From contig LSRY02000031.1 of NCBI GenBank assembly GCA_001643675.2, positions 186,001 through 250,000 on the forward strand: a stretch of 64,000 nt of DNA. Direction: 5' to 3'. The notes beneath the pieces are model-generated. The model ran no database searches. It saw only the letters and a program-made list of their open reading frames with translations, and was not told the DNA's origin. Made by a program: the position numbers and the translations under genes. The DNA comes from Monocercomonoides exilis PA203 (taxonomy: Eukaryota; Protista; Preaxostyla). Below, in pieces: positions 12,050-23,994 of this stretch (positions within the stretch are counted from its first letter, which is position 1; the number at the start of each line of letters is the position of its first letter).

Positions 12050-12057
12050 TATTTTTC

Positions 12058-12709
12058 TTCAAATGATAAAGATTATTTTGTAAACAATTAAGAATCATTT
12101 TCAGATAAAGATAACGTCTCAACATACCGCACTAGAAATACTGCAGGAGCGAAAGATGAAAAAAAACTTGCTGGAAACAAAGAAGAAAATGATGAAGAAA
12201 AGGAAATCTGTAATGAAGATAAAATGATAAGACGAGAGCGTAAAAGATCATTTGCAAATGAAGATGATATTCTCTGCTTTGGAAACTTTTCGTCAAGGAA
12301 AAGAATATTGCTATGTGATTCAAAAAATAAAAATGAAGCATTGGAGCAAATTCATTAAGCCATTTTTGATGATTGGTATCCTCGACTAATTGTTGCCTTC
12401 AACGAAGCAACAAATATCATTTTGCAAGGAATGGATGATATTCTTATTTCAGGATGCAAAGCACTTTTTCGAAGAAGTTTGCTTGTTCAGGATGATTCTG
12501 TTATTGAGGACGATCCATATGTCTAATACGAAGAACTGGCTCTGAAAGGTAATGTGGAAACTGTTTATTCTAATTTTGCCTTCCATTTAATTGCTTCCAC
12601 ATGCAGTGAAGCCTTTTGCGAACGCATGTTTTCTAAGGCAAGAAGGATTGTTGGAGATTGAAGACATTCTCTTTCATTGATTTCTTTGAACACACTTATG
12701 CGTTTGTGA
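12058..12709 (+). pseudogene. hAT transposase, 3' part including C-terminal dimerisation domain
   Basis: HLIASTCSEAFCERMFSKARRIVGD*RHSLSLISLNTLMRL at ~12583-12709 matches the hAT C-terminal S..CER.FS signature (catalytic Glu); continues the frame interrupted at 2300. Confidence 0.8.
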
Positions 12710-13062
12710 TTGTTTGTTTTTTGTGATGCGATGTTTCGTTTGAAAAGGTTTGATAGTTTTCCATCTCACGTAATCAATTTTTGTTCTTTTAGTCAACAAA
12801 ACCACCGCGAATAAGCATTCTGTTCAATATAATACATATTTTCCAACATTTTATTTTGAAAACTTTGTGAAAAAAATAATCATTGTGTGATGTTGGACTT
12901 TGAATACAAAACATATTATTCAACTTTTCATATTTGGAAGAAAATAAATATTGAAATCAAAGTTAAAATTACAAAATAAAATTGCTAAAATTTAAATATT
13001 CGAAAGAAATTTTGAAAATAAACACAAAATTATAAAATTGATATACAAAGTCCAGAAATTTT

Positions 13063-13137
13063 TAAGGCGAAGAAAGAGAAGGAAGCAAAAGTGAAGGCGC
13101 AGAAAGAAAAGGAAGCAAAAGTGAAGGTGCAGAAAGA
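13063..13137. repeat. 30-bp tandem repeat, ~2.5 copies
   Basis: AAGGCGCAGAAAGAAAAGGAAGCAAAAGTG-like unit repeated. Confidence 0.75.
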
Positions 13138-15108
13138 TGAATGTATTTTTTTATTGGAATGAAGTTTTGTATATAACATACAATGATGACAGAAATATCA
13201 AGAACTGAAGCAAAGAACAGTAAAATTCATATTGTTTGAATTAGAAAGAAATAATATTAATTTTTTTGTTTTTCAATTATTTAATGGAGAATTCAGAATT
13301 AAATGAATTCAGAAATATTATAACCACTTTCAATTGAAGAAAACCAAAGTTTCATATTTTATAACAGTTGAATTATAAAAAGAAAGTTGTCAAAGAAGTG
13401 ATACATTTTGTTTAATTGTTTTATTGAATTATTTTTCGATATGAAAAGTTATAACTGCAAGTTTCACATTTCTTCCTTTAATATTTATTCAGTTGTGTTT
13501 CTTTCAAAATGTTAAATCTTATTTCGCAAAGATCATTTCTTTTTTCTTTATCTTTTTAAAAATAAACTTGTTCATCAGTTCTTTGTTCAAAGATTTATTA
13601 GAAAAAAAGTTGAAAAGCTTTCACAAACTCACATTTGAATCTATCTTTTTAAAACAAGATTGAAATTTATTTGTTCGCTTGAAAAAATATTTGATATGGA
13701 AATGAAATGTTTGTTTGTAAACAAAACAAGTTTAATAATCAAAATGAAAATAGCGGAAACAAGATCTTAACTTTCAACGATGTGAAAACAGCTATTAATT
13801 TCTTGTCTTGATGAAACGATCATAAAAAAAATATGGAATGAATTTCGTTCAGCTAATTCAATTAAAGTGAATAGAAAGGAAATAACCTGTTAATGTCTTC
13901 ATGTCAGAAGAGCTTCAGATTAAATAATTTGTTTTTTTAGAAATAAGTTTAAAAAAAACATGAACTTTCCACAACGAATTATTATTCTATGAAAATCATT
14001 CAATACAATTGCTGTCTTTGATTGATTTAAAAACATTCAAACAATAATGAGTCAAAATACTGATAACATAAACAAATCCTATGAAAATTGAAAAACTATC
14101 ATCCAGAGAATTTCACAAGTTGTGGAAGAGAAATTTTAAATAAATGACAAGGATGTGGCAGATGAAAAACAAATATCGCACTCTATATGGACATACTCGT
14201 TTTTATTCATCAAAGTATTCATCAATAAAAATATACAACTTCAAATATTTTATTATGGAAAATTCAGACAAATTCAATGGTTTCAACATGGATTAGTGTG
14301 GAATATTTTTTTATTCATAAATATTTGATCAAAAAATATATATCATTAAAGTATGAAAATCAAATAATTATAATTTCAAAAGAAAAACAATTCAACAGAT
14401 TTAATAAAAATTAATATTTCTTTTTTGTGAAAAACTGTGGGACGAAACTGACTGACGTGGATACGAAATGTTCATGTGACGCAAAGGTTTAAACAAAAAA
14501 TGTTCAGTGTTTCATTTCAGATTGTTTTCAATCAAAACATTATATATTTTTCATTTTTTTTTCCTCCTTTTTCGAAATAAAGCAGTCATGAAACTTTTAA
14601 AGCTATATGACAATTCAGATTTTCGTTTCGCTCAACTGTGCAAACGCAGTGAAGGAATATTGACTTGGATTTTTCAGTATTGTAATAAATTTTTTTTGAA
14701 ATATCTCATTTATTTTCGTTCCAAACAGGATTTTTTATTTAATAAAAATATGAAGAGATATATCCATTTGGCAAATTTGCACATATTAGCTGTGAAAAGT
14801 CTTTGAAATTCACACAACCTTTGTAAAAAATCGTTACACAACAATTGTCAGATAAAAGTCTTTGCTTTATTGAAGAAAAAGAATTATCTTTGAAAGCGCA
14901 CAAATTACAGGCAGCTGTCCAACGATGATATCAAAACTACTAATTCCAAAACAAATAATGTTTGTTATTTACACAATAAAATATTAATCGATTTAAGGAC
15001 TTGAAGCATTAGAAATTGCACTGAAAAATGAGCTTTGAGCGCAATCTATTGATCATTTCTCATAATAAAAATATGGAGCAATGTTTTAAAGTGTCCATTT
15101 TCCATATA

Positions 15109-15542
15109 TAGTCTAAATCGGATATAATCACATCCGGTTTTGCACAACTTTTTGTGATCACATCCGATTGTGATAATATACGATGCCGCTTAACACAGAA
15201 AAAATGAAAATTAATTAATTTTTTAATTAATTTTTGTGTCAAATTTTTTAATTTTTGAAAATTCTTCATTAAAACGCATTTTTCAACAGAAAAAACACTA
15301 ATTTGGATTAAATTATATTATTTAGACTTCTTTAAATATAATTTTGAAAAATCAAAAATTTCAATTTTTGATCAAAAAATCGATTAATCATTGAAAAAAT
15401 CACCCATAATAATAAAAATGTGATTATATATTTTAAGCCCTGTGATTATATGCGATTGAAAATGAATGAAAAAATAGGCTAAAAATGTCGGTGCATCGAA
15501 AAATGAAACAATAAACGATGTCGGTTATATTCGATGTGACTA
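15109..15542. mobile_element. Decayed MITE-like element, possibly Tc1/mariner-pogo type (TA flanks)
   Basis: Left TA|TAGTCTAAATCGGATATAATCACATCC versus reverse complement of right end TA|TAGTCACATCGAATATAACCGACATCG; imperfect TIR, AT-rich non-coding interior. Confidence 0.5.
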
Positions 15543-17435
15543 TATCTGTTTTTGACTGGAATGAAAATTACAGTTTTATCAGATAAAGCATTCATCATCC
15601 ACATATCATTTTTTCCCTTCAATAAAAGAACAACATTCTTCCCACTCAACTAATTCAAATGAGTGGCACTTGGAGCAGCTGTGATTTAAACTGGAAGCAT
15701 GATCAAAACTGAAAGTAAAAATTGAATTTAAAGATGGAGCTCAAAAATGATTTTCCTCATTCAGAATCATTTCTTCAATACTAAACATTCACCAACTCTG
15801 AAAGCAGATGAATTCTGCGAATGAACAAAAATTAATGCAATACTTTTGATGTGAATATTTTGATGCGCCCTGAAACAATTGACAGTCAGAAGTTCATATA
15901 CAAAAGTGAAGGGGCAGTCGAAAAAGAAAACACATCATTAATCATATTTCAAATGAATCAACCTCTAACTCCTCTTTTTGAATCGTCAAAAAATCTTCTA
16001 TTTGTATTTAAAATTTTTTTGTTCTATTTTGAAGACATGAAAAACATATGACTTATTTTTCACTCACTGTTTTCAATTAATGCGAGATGACGAAAAAAAA
16101 TGAATTTTCGACGTTTAAGCTTTCATGAAATAAAAAAAATTATCGAATGATAATTCACCATTCGTTGATAATTACATCATTGAGAAAATCAAATACTTTT
16201 TGCAAACAAACAATTAAATCTTCAAATCCTTTTTTTCCATTACAGAAAACACTTTCCTTTTCAACTTTTTTCGTTTTATTTCTTCTTCTTCCATTTCGTC
16301 TTTGTTCGCTTCATTCTTCTTCTTCTCCTCCTGTTCCTTTTATTCCTCTTCTTCCATTTCATCATCATCAGTCTTTTTTTCCAATTTTCATGAAACATTC
16401 AAAAAAGACTCAAGCTTCCATTTATTATTCCGTTATTCAGCGTTGGTCTCTGAATCTCCTTCAATACAGCATCTATCGTTTTTCCTTTCAATAATTCTTC
16501 AACAAAAACAGCTCTATTCCCTGCTGCACTTACTAAGGCATTTATGCATTCATTTCCAATTTCTTCGTGATTTTTTCTCGATGCTCAAATAGTACTCACA
16601 ATGTTGTTAATAAGTACTATCAATTCTTGATTTCAAAATTCGCATGTGTTGAGAAGAGTGTGAAAAAACTGAAACATTTCATCAAAAAAAACTTTTTTTG
16701 TTTTCTTTCATTTTCCTCTTCTTCTTTCTCCCTCTTTTAATCCACAGAATTTGCCAGCTCTTTCAATTCTCTTGTTGCTTCTCTTCCGGAATGCAGCTCG
16801 TCCACAATATCATCTTCCACACTTTTATCTTTGATTTATCTGCTGATCAAAAACTCCAAAACCGACGGTTATGCGAGACGAGTGAAATTTCAATGCCTTA
16901 TATGATATTTGATGAGTTCTTGGAGTTCACTCATATACAGTTCTTTTGGTCCTTTTTAATAAAAAATCAAAAAAAATCAAAAAAATCAAAAAAAAAAAAT
17001 AGAAATGCTCACACATTAATTTCACAGATACAACTGAAAGCTAATAAACCTCTTCCACTTCTTTCTGAATTTTTTCTTTTTCCTCCTTGTTCAATGCACA
17101 TTTCAGATGACAAGTTACTATAAATGAAATCAACTCATTTGATATAAGACATTCATTCAGAATCAGCCTCCACTCACATTCATCAATAACAAACTTTTCG
17201 TTCTTTTCTTCGTATTTTTTTCTTTTTCCTCAATCATCTTTTTAAATCTTCTGCACAACACAGAACTTAAAAAGCTTTAACTCCATGAATCCAAAAGAAC
17301 TATGAAGTGTTAAATACACTTCAACAAGAGCAAAGTTATTCAAAAATCAATTTTTTTTCTTCAATCATTTTGTTCGAATTGTTGAATAGGCCCAGATAAA
17401 ACTGAAAAAATATTATCTTTGTTCATCTCATACAT

Positions 17436-17707
17436 ATGGGGGAAAATATGAGACTTCAAGCTTTTTCAAAGAAAAATAATGCACTTTTTATTGACTTTTA
17501 GTGAATAAAAAATTTGAAATAAATGTGTGTATTTTTTGAAATTCATGTGAGGTCACAAAACATTTTGTTATCACATCAATGATGTTTGTATGCAGTAATG
17601 AAAATCAAATTAATTTTGAAATCTGAGAAAGCGATATAAAGTTATGAGCGAAACAATTTTTTCTTGCTTTGTGCATAAAAAGCTTGTAAGTCAGTATTTT
17701 CCCCCAT
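17436..17707. mobile_element. ~270-bp MITE-like dispersed repeat with short TIRs (ATGGGGGAAAATA...)
   Basis: CATATGGGGGAAAATATGAGACTTCAAGCTTTTT ... AAAAAGCTTGTAAGTCAGTATTTTCCCCCATATG; homologous to repeats at 45114-45805. Confidence 0.75.
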
Positions 17708-18173
17708 ATGTTCATTCGTTATTAAATTTTCTATTTCTGCTCTTTCTCATTGCAGCCTTTTTATTTAAAAAACATTTCTTCAAATACAAACGATATGATT
17801 AAAATTCAAATTCAAATGTGTTTGCAATCCTTTGAATTTTTCAAGTCGCAATCTTTGCCTGAGTTTCGAAAAATTACAATACTCCAATAACGTCACATTT
17901 TGTCATTCATATTGAAATAGCTTTGTTGCTGATGGAAGAAATATTCGAGCAACAAAAACCCAAATTATTTGTGAAAATATCATTGTCCATTCACTCTTTT
18001 GAGGATGTGTAATCTTTAAACGCATTTCAAAGCAAAATCAAGTTTCATTTTATATATGAATTCATAAGAGGATTTTGTGATCAACTGATAAACTTTGTGA
18101 ACCAAGAAAAAACAAACATAAACTCTGTTATTAATTTTCAATAAATCACTTTGAAAAAATAAGTCCTATCACG

Positions 18174-18187
18174 CACATATACATACA

Positions 18188-18236
<49 letters not shown>
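18174..18236. repeat. (CA)n microsatellite
   Basis: Directly visible run of AC dinucleotides. Confidence 0.95.
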
Positions 18237-18237
<1 letters not shown>

Positions 18238-18769
18238 AAAAAACCCACTGACGTGAACTTAATTCACTGACGGACGTGACAACAAAACTTACCACACGTC
18301 GCTCAAGTTAATTTGCAACGAAATTTCCTTCAACCATTTGGGACAGCAGACTCATATGGAAAGTGCCCAGTGTGAAGGGATTGGAAAGGGAATTGGAAAT
18401 GATATTTTCTGACGAAAAACAGGATGTTTTTCAATGATGAGGGCAAATTAAAAGAATATCGGAACTTTCAAATTGAGATTATTTTTGTTTCTATTGATAA
18501 CTTTCGTGTTAATAAGGTGTTGAAATATTGAAAAAGTTGTCGGAAATTGTTTCAAAAAATGAAAAATCAATAGATATTCATTCGAACTGATCAAATGAAG
18601 ATTTTTGTTTATTCATCAGAATTATTTGAAGCATCCTCTCTGTCATCAATGCTTTTTGAATCTTCTTCATTTTCAGCATCATAAAAATTATGCAGAATGT
18701 GTTCAGCATAAGGAATATCTTCATTTTTTAGAAAGAACAATTTCTTCATCCACAATAATAAGTTTTTCT

Positions 18770-19694
18770 TCAGGAATATAATGTATCATTTTTTTGAAAA
18801 ATATCAACAAAACATGGTATAAGATTCCTTTTAACATGCCACATGGATAAGCAATCAGCAATGAATATTTTTTCAAACTCAGTGTTTTGGAAAAAAAACC
18901 CTCTTAAACAACTCCACAACCCTGCAACGGTATTGGAACATGCACCTGTTTCTGGATCTTTGAAGTTCCTTTTATGACAGACTGAAATAGGTTCACAGCC
19001 AATATCTTTCAGACAATTGTAGCTTTTCCATTCATCACTAATTATTGTTGTGACTGTTAATTTCCTTTCTTTAATAATAGGGATCAATGTTTCTTTTTTC
19101 CTGTCTGGCATGATGATGACAAAATTTGTTCCAACTCCTCCTCCTTCCTTCCTTTCAACTTCTCCGAAAATCCACAGCAAATCCTTCTTTCTTCCTCTTC
19201 CATATTTCCTTCTCCTCCAAACAGCCTCATCAATTTTGACGCATTTTCCTGGTCCTCCTAATTTCTGCATCGTTTCGTTCCAAATTTGTGTACACACAAC
19301 TCTTTCACAGCTTGTTCAATAACCAACAGTTGGTTATGAAACACCCGTCATAAAATGAATTTGTTTCAATCCAATTCCAATCAAACAGTACAATTGAATC
19401 TGCATTATAATATTTATCGGAAGTTTCATTTTTGTAAATACGGAATTTTTAAATATTGAGGATTTTTTTCGGCAAGTTTGACACCAAAGATACTTGCATC
19501 CTTCTGTTTCCTCCCTGATTCTCCTTTTGCTTTTGCTTATAGTGCAATTATTATCAGCGAACTATTAATAACGTTGGAAAACCCAATTCCACGTTTCTTC
19601 TTTTTCAAAGGAAAATCGGATTCAATCGAAATACTGTTTGACTATTTTTTTCCTCTTCAGATCTTGCCATAAATCTCTTTTGATCATAAACCAT
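18770..19694 (-). pseudogene. Second, divergent Merlin/IS1595-type transposase (decayed)
   Basis: GGPGKCVKIDEAVWRRRKYGRGR, WIFGEVER, DRKKETLIPII, IISDEWKSY, VCHKRNFKDPETGACSNTVAGLWS (catalytic E replaced by A); upstream YLWCQTCRKK Zn-ribbon half separated by stops; 5' limit approximate. Confidence 0.85.
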
Positions 19695-21410
19695 AGATTA
19701 TGATTTGAATGACTTTTCCATATTTTTTTAAACTTCTGAAAAAAGACTTTCCGATAACTGAAAATTTGCATATGGGTAATTATTTGGAAATCATATATTT
19801 TTATTTATAATTTTCGGTTAAAAAATTTCACTTGAATCTTAATAAATGAACACAAAAAAAGTGAAATGGTGTGTTTAAGTTATCTTCATCTTTATTTCAA
19901 CAAAAACATTTGCTTTTGAAACAGTTGTGATTGTTTTTGCATTTGAATTCAAAATCTCTTCCCAATTACAAACAATCTTTGAATTATCAACACACAGAAA
20001 AAAGTTATGATTTCAAAAACAATCACCCATATTGTTACAATATATAACATAAATGACTTTCACTATTTTTTTGTACAAAATTGAGAGTTCCGATATGCTT
20101 TCATTTAGCAGTGATGATGGAGGAATTGAGCTGAGTACATGAATTTCACATTTTTCAGAAGAGTTAGAAATCGCTGCATTTGATAAAGAAACAACTGATG
20201 TGAAGGATGATTGGGGAATCAGATGATGAAACACTTGAAAAAGGAAGAAATAATGAAATTGAATTGAAGAAAACAGATACCAACTGAATAAAAAACAGAA
20301 AATTGCATAAAAAAATGCTTTGAAGGTTTGTTGATTTTTTTTTTTTTTTGGAGTGATTTTTTTTTAAAGAATGATGAAAGAGCGAAGGATTTGATGGATT
20401 TGAAAAAGAAAAGTGGGGAAGAAAAATACGGACAGATGATATTCAATACATTTTGAAGATGCATAGAATCAGGCTTTGGTGAGGAATCATTTTTGAGGAA
20501 AGACAATTTTTGAGACGTAACAGGAAAATGAAATTATTTAAAGATGGACGAAAATTTTATGAGAGTGAACACGGCGTATGAGGATAATGGAGAATAAATG
20601 TTGTATTTGGAGGGTACGCTGCAGGAAGAACATTAGAAAAATAGAAGAAATAAAGAAAGTCTAATTTTTCTGAGCTTATCTTTAGTTAATTGGAACATTT
20701 ATCCAAATTTTTATCTACCAATCATCTCATTCAATTCATTTGTTGTCATTTTCTTCATCTCACTCTTCCTCTTCTCTTTCCTCTTGCGAAGGCTGTGCAA
20801 GAAAAACAATGATTTGATAGGAACAAAGGAATACAGACATGGTGCATTAAGGAATATCTGTGTAATTGATTGAATGGAATATAAAAGAATTATGAAAATG
20901 CCAGTGAAAAGAAGAACAATGGTGAAATGGTGAATTTTTGCAAACTCAAATGCTTCAAACACTACACATATCTTTTTAAATCATTGAGAATTGATTGAGA
21001 AGATATTCAAAAAGAATTCAAAAAAGAAATAAATAAAGAATGGTGGAAAAGTTGCTTTCACATCTTTTTGTATTTCATTGCCATCCTTCATTTAACGGTT
21101 CTCATATCATAATAAATTCCTAATAAAGTTCCATATGAATTAAAGAAAAAAAATTGCCTTTCTAACGAATTATTTTGAAATAAATTCTCGAAAATTTTAT
21201 TCATGATTGACTTTTCTGTCATTCTTTTGTAAAAGTTTTGAAAATTTCTACTCTTGAATAGAAATAATTATGAAAATTTTATTGTGGAATGTTTATCATA
21301 AAATTTTAACAAATTTTCCGTATCATTTTTATTTCAAGATTAAAATCGAGAAATCATTAAAAGTGCAATGAACATCGACAAAAATTAAGGGAATCAATAT
21401 TAATTTAATA

Positions 21411-23567
21411 ATGGGCGTTAAGTTATCTAATATGGTAACATATATTTTTAGTTTTCAGATGAAAGCAGAGCAAAATTTTTCAGAATCGAACGTATTAAAT
21501 CTGTGCATATCTTGCAAACTTCGAGACGATACTATTTTTAACATGCAAAAAACATTTTCATTGCTGGCGCAAAATGATCAAAATCAGATAATAAGAGAAG
21601 TGGATTCCATAAAAAATGATTTAAGAAGGGGAATTGTCACCGAAAAGTTATTGTTGGATTTTAACCACTTTATTGAATTTGCAAGCAACAAAATTTCAAA
21701 TACTCAAGATTGTTCCAAAATGAATTACTATTTGGCTCAATTGAAAGTGATCGCAAATGATATTACAAAAATCAAAATGATTAATGAATACCCAGAAGAC
21801 ATCATAAAATTGCAAAGGCTTTCCTTGGAATGCAAAAGACCCTCTTCAACGTCAGATAGAGAAAGCAAAATTGAGGCAAGTGAACCCTTATATATTACAT
21901 CAGATGAATATGTCCCTTGTGTTGATACTATCCATAAGGACAAAGAATGCTTTATAGGACTCAACGATTCACTTTTGCCATTGAAAAAATTTTTGCAAAA
22001 ACTACTCAACAGAAATATTGAATGCTTGGGAGCAGAAAAAAGCTTGAAAAATGCTTATGAAAAACAATTAAGAGATAAATCCGAACAGAAATATGATTAT
22101 CCTTATGAAGCATATGAATTTGAAAAAAGAAAGGACTATCACAATATCATTCCAGAATGGAAAATAAAAGAGTTGTTTGTTCCATTTGTTCGCTTCCATG
22201 CTATTTATGAAAATACAAAACTGAGGAAAAATTACGAAGCGCTGGAAAGGAGATATCAGCCTGTTATTGATCAATCCATGAATTTAGCAGGATCAATTTC
22301 ACTTTTAAACGGAGCGATGGAAAGTTATGGATGTGACTGCGGAAAGGAGAGCGGAATGTGCATTGTCTATTTTGAAAAGGAATCGAATAAAGTGAAAATA
22401 GAAAGTGTCAGGAGCGGTGAATTGCGAAGGTTCAATGACTTTGTGAATTCGGAAGAATTTGGAAAATTTTCGACAATTAAGAAGATGGAATCTTTGTGTG
22501 AACGCCTCAGAAGTGCTGAAAGTGACATGAAATCTTGTGTTTCTTTAAAGAGCAAAGAAGAGTTTTTCCTGATGACAGGCAGAGCTAATGTCATTTTGGA
22601 AGCATTTGAAAGATGCTTTCAAGATAATTCTTTGGAGGAGCTAACTGCAATGAGCCAGCTGCGAAAATTCCTGAACAAATGCGCGCTTGAATACAAATTC
22701 AAGTTTGCATCAGAGACAGAACCAATTCTTGGTGTGAACATTAGTCGATGCAAACTAATTGTTGACGGACCATCACGCAAAATGTTTTTCGTTGAAAAAG
22801 AATTTGTTCCCATTTACATGCGATCCATCAAAGACCATATTTATATCAAAGCTCAAAATCTTGCAGGAAAATGCAACATTGAAGATTTTTCAGAAAAAGA
22901 TCTCGAAGAAATGAAAAGAAAATTGAGTGAAGAATCCAAAGAAACAATTATAAAAAATCTTCAGAATGATCAAAAAAAATTGAATGCGGATGCTGGAAAA
23001 ATGGAAACAAAAGCAAAAGAATACTTCAAGAAATCAACCTTAAGCAGAATTGATCTTATAGGTTCCGTGTTAAAGTTCGGCTTTTTGTGTGTGGAATGGG
23101 GAATTGACAAAATGAACGAATTAATTTCTATGATTCCCCAAAGTGTGCAAAGTTATTTATGGAATGTTCTTGGATTGTCAACAGACAAAAAGGAAGTTGG
23201 TACAAGCAAAGAAGTTATTTCTCAATCTGATGCAAATCAAATTAAAAGAAAGTTCCCAGAGTTGAATTTGTCGCCACGACACATTGAAGAATTCACAAAA
23301 GGATGCATGTGCATGATTGACGCAAATGAAATGCGTAAAAAATGCGATAGCATAGAGAACGAAGTTGAGTTCTGGAAACAGGTTTCATCAGGTGAGTTTG
23401 AATTTTTGAATCTGCTGAAGCTAAAAGCGATGTTAATTCGCTCCAACTATACAGAAACAGAGTGTGTTGGATTATTGATAGACGAGGTTGAAAAGGTGAA
23501 AGCCGAGGGTGTATATAGAGCTAAGGGAAGAGATTTTAATGAATATTTTGTGAGAGTTGTGAATTAA
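21411..23567 (+). CDS. Hypothetical 718-aa protein, Lys/Glu-rich and probably helical, apparently intronless
   Basis: Long uninterrupted ORF in very AT-rich DNA with ordinary amino-acid complexity; the true start may be the ATG at 21459; no family recognised. Confidence 0.8.
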   Translation: MGVKLSNMVTYIFSFQMKAEQNFSESNVLNLCISCKLRDDTIFNMQKTFSLLAQNDQNQIIREVDSIKNDLRRGIVTEKLLLDFNHFIEFASNKISNTQDCSKMNYYLAQLKVIANDITKIKMINEYPEDIIKLQRLSLECKRPSSTSDRESKIEASEPLYITSDEYVPCVDTIHKDKECFIGLNDSLLPLKKFLQKLLNRNIECLGAEKSLKNAYEKQLRDKSEQKYDYPYEAYEFEKRKDYHNIIPEWKIKELFVPFVRFHAIYENTKLRKNYEALERRYQPVIDQSMNLAGSISLLNGAMESYGCDCGKESGMCIVYFEKESNKVKIESVRSGELRRFNDFVNSEEFGKFSTIKKMESLCERLRSAESDMKSCVSLKSKEEFFLMTGRANVILEAFERCFQDNSLEELTAMSQLRKFLNKCALEYKFKFASETEPILGVNISRCKLIVDGPSRKMFFVEKEFVPIYMRSIKDHIYIKAQNLAGKCNIEDFSEKDLEEMKRKLSEESKETIIKNLQNDQKKLNADAGKMETKAKEYFKKSTLSRIDLIGSVLKFGFLCVEWGIDKMNELISMIPQSVQSYLWNVLGLSTDKKEVGTSKEVISQSDANQIKRKFPELNLSPRHIEEFTKGCMCMIDANEMRKKCDSIENEVEFWKQVSSGEFEFLNLLKLKAMLIRSNYTETECVGLLIDEVEKVKAEGVYRAKGRDFNEYFVRVVN

Positions 23568-23994
23568 ACAGAATAAGTTCATTCGAGATTTCTTTTCTAA
23601 AAGGGAAATAATTGTTAATACCATTTAAATGGATTTCTTATTTTGTTTGAATATATTCATGATTTCCCAAATGACTTTTTTTTGTTTATTCTTTTGAAAA
23701 ATTATTGGATTTAACTTTTTTTTTTTTTTTTTTGCTTTTGAATTTATTGTGTATCTTCACATCAGATTTGTTGAGGATGAAATTCTTCAATTTGAATCAA
23801 CTCATTTTTTTCTTTTAAAGTTGCGGTCTTGAAAATAATGTTTGTGAATCAGAATTTTTTTTTAATCTATCAAAAATGAAAGAATGAGGAAACAATTCGA
23901 AAGAAGTCAAAAATGAAGATTTCAGTGTTGATAAAAATCAACTTGAAACATTTAAAAAGAATCTAATGATTTTGGAAAATGTTAAGGGGTAAAA

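Noticed and set aside
1-12709. Alternative genetic code (TAA/TAG = Gln, as in some oxymonads) to explain stops in the hAT gene
   Set aside because: Multi-kb host ORFs contain no in-frame TAA/TAG, RPS20 and TRM7 end in TAA, and the hAT copy also has TGA stops and frameshifts.
13010-13060. Short inverted similarity to ~38232-38270 (GATATACAAAGTCCAGAAA)
   Set aside because: Probably a dispersed AT-rich repeat fragment; housekeeping genes lie between the two copies and no boundaries or TSD are visible.
18240-18400. GC-richer stretch with TGACGT motifs after the CA repeat (similar to ~14445-14475) as an ncRNA or regulatory element
   Set aside because: No recognisable tRNA/snRNA fold or box motifs; the similarity is too short to support a call.
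18442-19770. Possible TIRs of the second Merlin copy (GCAAATTAAAAGAATATCGGAA / TTCCGATAACTGAAAATTTGC)
   Set aside because: Short, imperfect match with no convincing 8-bp TSD.
20420-20570. Faint Myb-like remnant on the plus strand
   Set aside because: Requires several frameshifts and lacks the conserved Trp residues; not supportable by eye.
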